Source: a virus. From it: a stretch of 51,663 nt of DNA. Both the position numbers and the translations under genes were made by a program. Shown here in pieces: positions 27,687 to 33,945 of the stretch. Position 1 is the first letter of the stretch; every line of letters begins with the position of its first letter. The notes under the pieces were generated by a model. The model was not told where the DNA came from and did no database searches. It saw only the letters and a list, made by a program, of their open reading frames with translations. Location of the stretch: IMG/VR virus record IMGVR_UViG_3300045988_097328. The stretch is one strand, 5' to 3'.

Positions 27687-28049
27687 GTGGTTACGCTGAC
27701 GTGGATTGATGGGCAGATTGAGAAGGCAATCGAAGAAGGCAACAATCCGCAGAACATCCGCGATTTGGCGGCGCTGATTACAGTGCGTGAGTACCTCGTC
27801 ACGCGGTCAGCCCCGAAAGCCGATGCACAGAGTGTGCAGGAATCCGCCGATGACAAGAAGCGCCGGGATGCGGTTGTCCTCATGACGCATAGCGCGGACT
27901 TGGACACCGTACCGACAATCCAGCAAGTGGAGACAGCGCTGCAATCCATCAGCGTCAACACGCCGGAGGAACGAAAGCGTGTACAGGATGCGAAGAAGTG
28001 GGCGCAGATTATCTCGCAGAAAACGCTTGACAAAAAATCCCCTCCATGA
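27687..28049 (+). CDS. hypothetical protein (120 aa)
   Basis: GTG start; last gene before the terminator. Confidence 0.5.
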   Translation: MVTLTWIDGQIEKAIEEGNNPQNIRDLAALITVREYLVTRSAPKADAQSVQESADDKKRRDAVVLMTHSADLDTVPTIQQVETALQSISVNTPEERKRVQDAKKWAQIISQKTLDKKSPP

Positions 28050-28071
28050 ATGCAACACGGAGGGGATTTTT
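28034..28071 (+). terminator. rho-independent terminator
   Basis: AAAATCCCCTCC-13 nt-GGAGGGGATTTT followed by T. Confidence 0.8.
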
Positions 28072-28281
28072 GACCCCCGTTTTGACTACTTTGCACGACG
28101 GAAAGAGGGTCAAAATTGCGAATCTGGGGATTTCGTATTTCGGATGATTGTGCTACAATCAAGCATTATCAATGGATTGCAGCGGGTGCAAAAATGCAGT
28201 CATAAAAACATCAGTTCCTTTTTGAGGAGAATTAAAAAATCCGCAATCAGTTGAAAGCACAAGGTTTCTGTGCTGTGCGCA

Positions 28282-29352
28282 TCAATTTTGACTACCATTT
28301 TGACTACTTGCCCTCCTCGCAAGCACATTTTCCACTTTCTTAACAGCGCTTTCCTCCTTCTTTGCTGTGAGGTGTGCGTAAATCCTCATTATCATTTCCT
28401 CGTTTGCGTGCCCCATCCATTTTACAGCAGTTTTAATGTCAACGTCCGCATCATATAGCATTGTTGCGAACGTATGTCTACAATCGTGCTGACGTATCGC
28501 AACTTTCTTCCGCGCAACCGATGACAAAAAGCTCAAATATCTGCGCCATTCCACATCCACGTCGTTTATTGACATTTTTTTGCCATCTTTTGGCGTAAAA
28601 ATATTACCGTGCTTGCCTGTTAGTGCCTTCCTCAGTGGCAGGAACAGGGGAACATCACGGATTCCTGCTTTTGTTTTTGGCTGGACGATAACACACGAGG
28701 AATGTTCGGCGCGCAGAGAGTGCCGAACGTGAATTACGCCATTTTCAAAATCAACGTCCTTGTCAATGTCGAGTGCAAGCGCTTCACCACGCCGCAACCC
28801 TGCATAGAGCATCACCATAGCAAACAGTCCCATCGGATTTTCTTTGTATGTATCTTCGATTATCTGCACTTCCCAATCTTCAAGGTTGCGGTGCGTTCCA
28901 ACTTCGCCTTTCGCCGGCTTGATGTTTTCGCATGGATTTTTTGTTACAATTCCATCACCTAACGCGGCGCGGAAAACCGCTCGTACCGTCATTGCTACTT
29001 TTTTTCGTGTCGCATCCCCACGATTAGCAAAAGCGTTATATAGCCGTTGTATGTCCGACGGCGTAATTAGTCGCATCTCAACTTTTGGCAAGATTGACGC
29101 TATCTTGTTAAGCCTTGCCACATAGTCATCATACACTTTCGCCGTCACCTCGCTCTTGTACGTCGGCAGCCACTCCGCCGCGTACTCCGCGAACGTGTAC
29201 TTTTCCCGTGGTTTCCTGCCGTATTTTTCCTGCTTCTTGTACTCTTCGCGGGCTGCAAGGGCTTCGGACTGCGTTCGCCCGTAGAAGGAAAACCCCTTAT
29301 ATTTACAAACGTAACGCCCATCTGGGCGCTTTTTTAGTGTCTGGCGTGGCAA
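28282..29352 (-). CDS. int: tyrosine recombinase / phage integrase
   Basis: LRRGEALAL (R), HDCRHTF (HxxR), GHANEEMIMRIYAHL (H..Y); start chosen at TTG 29352 (AAAGGAG 8 nt upstream); in-frame ATGs at 29403 and 29460 are alternatives. Confidence 0.85.
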   Translation of the reverse strand: MPRQTLKKRPDGRYVCKYKGFSFYGRTQSEALAAREEYKKQEKYGRKPREKYTFAEYAAEWLPTYKSEVTAKVYDDYVARLNKIASILPKVEMRLITPSDIQRLYNAFANRGDATRKKVAMTVRAVFRAALGDGIVTKNPCENIKPAKGEVGTHRNLEDWEVQIIEDTYKENPMGLFAMVMLYAGLRRGEALALDIDKDVDFENGVIHVRHSLRAEHSSCVIVQPKTKAGIRDVPLFLPLRKALTGKHGNIFTPKDGKKMSINDVDVEWRRYLSFLSSVARKKVAIRQHDCRHTFATMLYDADVDIKTAVKWMGHANEEMIMRIYAHLTAKKEESAVKKVENVLARRASSQNGSQN

Positions 29353-29528
29353 GTATATCACTCCTTTTCTCTCATTGTGCCGCAAAACGCAGCAAAGTGC
29401 CATCGTAAATTGTGAACAAATTGAAAACATTTCGCAAACGCACGGGAAATTTTTAGTCATATTCCGCGGCGCGTCAGCATATGGTATTGCGGTTGACGGT
29501 AAAAAAATACGCGACTGGAGAGGAAAAT

Positions 29529-29657
29529 ATGCCTGTTTTTGATAAAAAGTTTGTTGTTAAAACGCTCGTCGAGAAGGTGAAGGAACTGCCGGATGACCTG
29601 CAAGCGGAATTTTTTTCGTGGCTGGAAAAGAAAATATCTGCAAAGAAAACGTTATGA
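29529..29657 (+). CDS. small ORF (42 aa) divergent from int
   Basis: GGAGAGGAAAAT then ATG 29529; below the track cutoff; no recognisable motif. Confidence 0.3.
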   Translation: MPVFDKKFVVKTLVEKVKELPDDLQAEFFSWLEKKISAKKTL

Positions 29658-29870
29658 ATATATAAACAATACGGACTGCGGAGAGCATCGAATCCGAAAG
29701 CAAGTAAAAAAAAATTAAGCAAGTAAGAAGCAATCCGTGGGAAATAACGGAAAAAAATTAGCTTCATTATTATTTCCATCCAGATTCGTGATTCCGCCGT
29801 TCTATCAATTTGCAACAATTCTACTTGGTAGTATTGTGATGTTCTTGAATGGTTAATTTTGGGATGCGAA

Positions 29871-29975
29871 AGTAAGGGAAGGTCAAACTCCGCTTGTGAA
29901 AGTCAGGGAAAGTCAGGGAAAGTCAGGGAAGCAGGTACAGAATAGCAAAAGTAAAAGTCAGAGAAGGTCAGAAAC
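29871..29975 (+). repeat. cluster of AGTCAGGGAA-type 10-mers (3 perfect tandem copies at 29901-29930 plus degenerate copies)
   Basis: agtcagggaa x3; flanking AGTAAGGGAAGGTCAAA (29871) and AGTCAGAGAAGGTCAGA (29956). Confidence 0.85.
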
Positions 29976-30060
29976 TCGAAGGAATGTGACGGACATCAGC
30001 GAATAAAAAGTGTCTGAAACGTAGTAATTGCAAGGTTTTGCGCCACTTTTGCGAACATGC

Positions 30061-30189
30061 TGCATTAGCACAAAAAATATGCTATTCATTGCTTAGCTCG
30101 AAAAATACGCTATTCGTTGCTTAGCATAAAAAAAGTGCTTAGCATATTTTTTGTGCTATTCAGCAAATAGCACATTTTTTTTGCTTAGC
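30061..30189 (+). repeat. array of GCTTAGC palindromes separated by A/T tracts
   Basis: GCTTAGC at 30091, 30119, 30137 and 30183; GCTATTC(A/G)TTGCTTAGC duplicated at 30081 and 30109; hairpin GTGCTATT/AATAGCAC at 30153-30173. Confidence 0.85.
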
Positions 30190-30254
30190 TATAAAAAAAG
30201 AAAACAAGAAAAGAAAAAACGCTGACGCGCTGTGGCAGTGGCTGTCTTTTTTTT

Positions 30255-30358
30255 ACAAACGAACGTTATTCCTTCGCGCGCGACATAGTATTCGGGCGAT
30301 GATTTGCCGGCGTCGGCAAAATGTTCGTTTGTTTCCTCTCGCGCGCGCGACATAGTAT
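30255..30358 (+). repeat. nested inverted and direct repeats
   Basis: ACAAACGAAC (30255-30264) / GTTCGTTTGT (30323-30332); TCGCGCGCGACATAGTAT (30274-30291) repeated at 30339-30358; hairpin TTTGCCG-gcgt-CGGCAAA at 30303-30320. Confidence 0.85.
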
Positions 30359-30360
30359 AT

Positions 30361-30448
30361 TATATATCCATACTTGTGTGTAATATATATATATTATATA
30401 TCATACAGTGTAATATAAGCTTCTATACAGTACAAGTATGGATATATA
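30361..30448 (+). repeat. 17-bp perfect inverted repeat in nearly pure AT DNA
   Basis: TATATATCCATACTTGT (30361-30377) / ACAAGTATGGATATATA (30432-30448), 54-nt spacer. Confidence 0.9.
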
Positions 30449-30461
30449 AAAAATATATAAT

Positions 30462-30637
30462 AAAAGACCACTACTACCACCACAAGAACACATACTCGAC
30501 AGAGTGGGGTAGGGGGATAATAGGGGGTATAGAGTAATAGGGGGTATGGGGGAAGAGAGAAAAGGGGGGAAGAAGCGGGAGGGGAGAGGGACGGGCGGTG
30601 GTTTTGTGGTGGTGGCAGCGGCGGTGGTCTTTTTTTT
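30462..30637 (+). other. long imperfect hairpin enclosing a run of G3-G6 tracts and ending in T8
   Basis: arm AAAAGACCACTACTACCACCACAAG (30462-30486) pairs, with G.U pairs and a bulge, to 30603-30633; at least 10 G tracts in 30506-30598; T8 at 30630-30637. Confidence 0.7.
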
Positions 30638-30780
30638 ATCCAGCACCTTTCTGCGCATCCGCAGCATGGTCGTCTTCGCGGCTTCGCGAAATTGATAGTC
30701 ACGGGGCAGACCATTTTCGTGGTGTCGCGCAAATGGTTCTCACTGCCATTTTTGCCCAACAAAAAAATTAGCAGGGGTGC

Positions 30781-30809
30781 TTGACAAGCGGGGCAATCTG
30801 GCATATAAT
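30781..30809 (+). promoter_or_regulatory. perfect sigma-70 promoter with no downstream ORF
   Basis: TTGACA 30781-30786, N17, TATAAT 30804-30809; points into the antisense of the decayed repressor gene. Confidence 0.7.
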
Positions 30810-30946
30810 CATGGCATCTTGCTTCTCCGCTCTGCTCCTCTGCTGATTCTCCTGCTTGTCCTCACGCGCTTGCCGCTCTCAGGCGTTCGTGGATGTGCGG
30901 TTCTTTCTCGCCGGTTCTCATGTTCCCGACATTCGCGCCGGGGACA

Positions 30947-31253
30947 TCACGGTTCGCCCTTTTTAGCATCTCCCTTGTCCGCCATGCGCTTTAAGCTATG
31001 TTCCTTGCGCTCCTGCCGCATCCGACGTTCTGCTTTCGCGGTTAGGTACTCAACGTAGTCCATCGCCTCGCGCACAACGTCATCCGGCGCACCCATCAGC
31101 TTGGCGATAATCGCCTCGCAGGTTGCGTCGAGAATCGGGCGGTCAGACGTTCCTTGCGGGTTGTCGGACAGTCCGCAAAGGTAGTCGGTGGTCACGCCGT
31201 AGTATTCAGCGATTTTTTTTGCGCAATTCTACAAGACGTTCCGACAAAACCAT
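30947..31253 (-). pseudogene. decayed CI-like XRE repressor (HTH core deleted, frame broken at an A8 run)
   Basis: ATG 31253 gives MVLSERLVELRKKNR*; the next frame continues KKIAEYYGVTTDYLCGLSDNP... to 30947; helices 2-3 of the HTH are missing. Confidence 0.6.
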
Positions 31254-31286
31254 ATATTTACACCACACTTTTTTTCTTTCACCCTC

Positions 31287-31315
31287 TTGACAAATAGAAC
31301 TGAAAGAAATATAAT
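31287..31315 (+). promoter_or_regulatory. perfect sigma-70 promoter for the 31358 gene
   Basis: TTGACA 31287-31292, N17, TATAAT 31310-31315. Confidence 0.75.
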
Positions 31316-31357
31316 ACAGACGTGAAATAAAATTATTTTGACATATGGAGGGGCACG

Positions 31358-31558
31358 ATGGCTAACCGCTTGCGTGAGTTTCGCAAGAATCAGGGCATGA
31401 CGCAAATGCAGATTGCAGACGTGCTCAGATGTCAGCAGACCCTTGTATCTCAGTATGAGAGGGGTGTACATACACCGTCACTGCATAACGCTATCCGCCT
31501 TGCCCGTGCGCTTGGCACGACGGTCGAAGAACTCTTCGGGGGCGAGGTCGATGGCTGA
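31358..31558 (+). CDS. XRE-family HTH regulator (Cro-like)
   Basis: 66 aa; GMTQMQIADVLRCQQTLVSQYERG. Confidence 0.8.
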   Translation: MANRLREFRKNQGMTQMQIADVLRCQQTLVSQYERGVHTPSLHNAIRLARALGTTVEELFGGEVDG

Positions 31559-32090
31559 GAAGCTGCGGCATTTTCTCCACGTCGCCGGGGTGCAAGGAAT
31601 CAGCGTCGCCGCGCTGTCCGAAAAGTCGGGTATCTCGAAGCCGACTATTTACCGATACGCCAACGGACAGGGAAGTCCAACTGTTGACGCGATGAAGCGC
31701 ATTGCGAAAGCCCTCGGATGCACAGTCAGAGAGGCGTTTCCTGAGGTTTACAGCGAGAAGGTGGACGTGCCGACAGTCAACATCACGGACACGCAGCCTA
31801 TCAGCACGGCAAAGCTGGCGATGCAGTACGGCATGTCAACACGCGAGTTTAATCAGGCGCTGTTCCGCGCTGGCATCCAGATACAGCGCTCCGATGGCAC
31901 TTGGGTGGTCGCCGGGAACTATGCCGATATGGCGACTTACAAGCCCGTTAAAACGGAGAAAGGCACTGTGCGACTGTTCGCAATGTGGACGCTGACGGCG
32001 CGAAAGGTGATTCAGTCCTTGCTGGAGGAGCAAGGGATAGTTCCGACGGACGGCGTGAACGTGGGGTCATCGGAGCGCCCGACAAGATAG
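31551..32090 (+). CDS. HTH protein with a KilA-C/ANT-like C-terminal domain (antirepressor-like)
   Basis: ATG 31551 overlaps the previous stop; ISVAALSEKSGISKPTIYRYANG; C-terminal similarity from memory. Confidence 0.5.
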   Translation: MAEKLRHFLHVAGVQGISVAALSEKSGISKPTIYRYANGQGSPTVDAMKRIAKALGCTVREAFPEVYSEKVDVPTVNITDTQPISTAKLAMQYGMSTREFNQALFRAGIQIQRSDGTWVVAGNYADMATYKPVKTEKGTVRLFAMWTLTARKVIQSLLEEQGIVPTDGVNVGSSERPTR

Positions 32091-32275
32091 TCGAGCGACA
32101 CGCCGTAGAAGTCGGCAATGCGGACAAGTGCCGAAAGCGTCGGTTCGCTGCATCCAGACTTGTAAAGCTGGTACGCGCGAACAGTAATCCCTGCTGCCTC
32201 TGCAATCTGCGCATTGCGATAGTCAAAAAACGTCTGCAAGTCGCAGAGACGAGAGCGAAAGTCAGACAAAAACAA
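32012..32275 (-). CDS. XRE-family HTH repressor
   Basis: 87 aa; AQIAEAAGITVRAYQLYKSG...IADFYGVSLDYLVGRSDDP; 3' end overlaps the convergent gene by 79 nt. Confidence 0.75.
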   Translation of the reverse strand: MFLSDFRSRLCDLQTFFDYRNAQIAEAAGITVRAYQLYKSGCSEPTLSALVRIADFYGVSLDYLVGRSDDPTFTPSVGTIPCSSSKD

Positions 32276-32296
32276 TCACCAACTTTCAGAAATCGC

Positions 32297-32325
32297 TTGA
32301 CGTGAAGAATAATTCGTGCTATAAT
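32297..32325 (+). promoter_or_regulatory. near-consensus promoter TTGACG-N17-TATAAT
   Basis: direct repeats TGAAGAATA at 32303 and 32331 flank the -10. Confidence 0.7.
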
Positions 32326-32358
32326 GAGCATGAAGAATACTTCATGGAAGGAGTGGAG

Positions 32359-32550
32359 ATGCAGAATGTTCAGCTTGTCAATGCGCGGAAAGCCTCGAAT
32401 ATGACGCAAGTCGAGGTTGCAAGCCGCTGCGGGGTTACAGTTCGCGCATATCAGCACTACGAAGCAGGACAGCAAACCCCCAGCGTTACGACAGCGATTC
32501 GCATTGCCGACGCGCTGGGGGTGGAAGACATCAGGGCGCTGTTTTGCTAA
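32359..32550 (+). CDS. XRE-family HTH regulator (Cro-like)
   Basis: AAGGAG 5 nt before ATG 32359; 63 aa; NMTQVEVASRCGVTVRAYQHYEAG. Confidence 0.75.
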   Translation: MQNVQLVNARKASNMTQVEVASRCGVTVRAYQHYEAGQQTPSVTTAIRIADALGVEDIRALFC

Positions 32551-32556
32551 CGGGTA

Positions 32557-33333
32557 TCACTTGCTAAGATACAAGCAAGTCATATCTTGTCCGGGCTGAC
32601 AGGAGGCGTAGAAAAACAGATTGCCATCGTCATCGAGGAAAACGAGCGAGTAGTTCAATGTGTCGAAGTCGGCAAGTTGGGAGAAGTCGTCGAGGTAATC
32701 TTGCGTCAAAGTTACCTTCGCTGCTTTGCCCTTGTAACCGGCGAACATATCGGCAACATACGCGCCGTTCATCTTCACCATGTAAGCCTTATCCTTCTTG
32801 CTGTAATAATAGCCGACGTAGCCGTCCTTCTTTCCGTACACTTCGACGACTTTTGCGAGGAAATCGGCATCCGCGCCCCAAGAGACGTAAACGTTAGAAT
32901 CAGCGTCAATCGGAACGTCAAAATCCTCATGGACGGTTTCGCCGCTCTTGTTGCTGAACTCACAGTATACGTCGCCGGTAAAGTCGCTCTTTGTGCAGAA
33001 GCTCAGCTTGAGATAATAGCCACTTGCCCAATGGCTCACAGTCTCAGCAGCAGTTTCAAAAATGCGCGTGTAGGAATCAACCATGGAAGCGTATTCCGCA
33101 ACGTCGCACGTCTTGAGCGTCGAGAATACCGGGTGGTAGCATTTAACCTCTATGCACTTTTCCGCCGTATCAGCGGAAAGCGAATAGTAATAGCCATCAT
33201 CCGAATGGTCGCCGAACGGAGACATTTGCAGAAAGCGAATGACGAAAGCTTCGTCATCGGTCAGCGCCAGCGCGGGGACGCAGGAAGCCATCAGGCAGCA
33301 GAGAACCAGCAGGACGGAAACAAACTTCTTCAT
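32557..33333 (-). CDS. secreted protein or lipoprotein (superinfection-exclusion candidate)
   Basis: 258 aa; signal peptide MKKFVSVLLVLCCLMASC with a lipobox-like MASC. Confidence 0.6.
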   Translation of the reverse strand: MKKFVSVLLVLCCLMASCVPALALTDDEAFVIRFLQMSPFGDHSDDGYYYSLSADTAEKCIEVKCYHPVFSTLKTCDVAEYASMVDSYTRIFETAAETVSHWASGYYLKLSFCTKSDFTGDVYCEFSNKSGETVHEDFDVPIDADSNVYVSWGADADFLAKVVEVYGKKDGYVGYYYSKKDKAYMVKMNGAYVADMFAGYKGKAAKVTLTQDYLDDFSQLADFDTLNYSLVFLDDDGNLFFYASCQPGQDMTCLYLSK

Positions 33334-33369
33334 CGTGATACCCCTTTCGTGTATCAGAGCAAACGGCAG

Positions 33370-33675
33370 TTAGAACCTCGAATCAAAGAAATGCAGAAGC
33401 GAATCAAAAGTTTCGAGCAATAAGCGAAAGCGACCTGACCGATACCGTTCCATCTCTTCCAGAGCGTGACGGTTTAACTGCGGTACATAGTCCGGCGGAT
33501 GTGCTTCAATGTCTGCGGGGCATAGCGGTTGCTCCAAGAAGCCAGATGAACGCAACCGCGCAATCTGTTCCGCCGAAAGTTGTTTGCCGCGCTGAAAGTC
33601 ACGGCAGAGACGATATTCTGATTCAAGCAAGGCATACTCACCTCCATTCCTGCATAGGATATGACTGCATAGCAA
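33370..33675 (-). CDS. hypothetical protein (101 aa) abutting the RHH gene
   Basis: track ORF; start adjacent to the stop of the RHH gene. Confidence 0.45.
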   Translation of the reverse strand: MLCSHILCRNGGEYALLESEYRLCRDFQRGKQLSAEQIARLRSSGFLEQPLCPADIEAHPPDYVPQLNRHALEEMERYRSGRFRLLLETFDSLLHFFDSRF

Positions 33676-33876
33676 TCATTCCTGATTTTGAGGGAGGACG
33701 ATTTCGCCGTGCTTGTCCTCATAGTCCGCGATATGCTGACGCATTAGCATCTCCAATTCGCGGTTGACGGTTCGCAGGTTCTTTTGCGCAACCACGCGGA
33801 ACTTGTCAAGCGTCTGCTTGTCGGTGCGGAGCGTAAACTTCGGGAGGTCGGACGGCAAGGGAATCACCACCTTCAA
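33676..33876 (-). CDS. ribbon-helix-helix (Arc-like) protein
   Basis: 66 aa (TTG start); FTLRTDKQTLDKFRVVAQKNLRTVNRELEMLM. Confidence 0.6.
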   Translation of the reverse strand: MKVVIPLPSDLPKFTLRTDKQTLDKFRVVAQKNLRTVNRELEMLMRQHIADYEDKHGEIVLPQNQE

Positions 33877-33896
33877 AAAAAATTTCGGTCAGCACC

Positions 33897-33925
33897 TTGA
33901 CAGCAAGGTGACGGCACTATATAAT
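33897..33925 (+). promoter_or_regulatory. perfect sigma-70 promoter with direct-repeat operators
   Basis: TTGACA 33897-33902, N17, TATAAT 33920-33925; GGTGACGGCAC at 33907-33917 and 33934-33944. Confidence 0.75.
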
Positions 33926-33945
33926 AAAAGAGAGGTGACGGCACA

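Noticed and set aside
29474-29818. 114-aa minus-strand ORF upstream of int
   Set aside because: It is F/L/I-rich from AT-rich DNA, has no RBS, and overlaps the divergent small ORF and the int promoter region. It is probably non-coding.
29901-29930. Possible CRISPR array (tandem AGTCAGGGAA)
   Set aside because: The units are only 10 nt long and directly abutting with no spacers. There are no cas genes. This is a simple tandem repeat.
30394-30804. 136-aa minus-strand ORF (Pro-rich, then poly-Val/Tyr/Ile) in the non-coding island
   Set aside because: It is simply the translation of the C-rich complement of the G-tract block followed by the AT-only palindrome. It begins inside the 30781 promoter region and has no RBS. 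Such extreme low complexity is not credible as a protein.
30811-30846. 11-codon ORF MASCFSALLLC right after the orphan promoter's -10
   Set aside because: The ATG is only 1 nt past the TATAAT, upstream of any plausible transcription start. There is no RBS.
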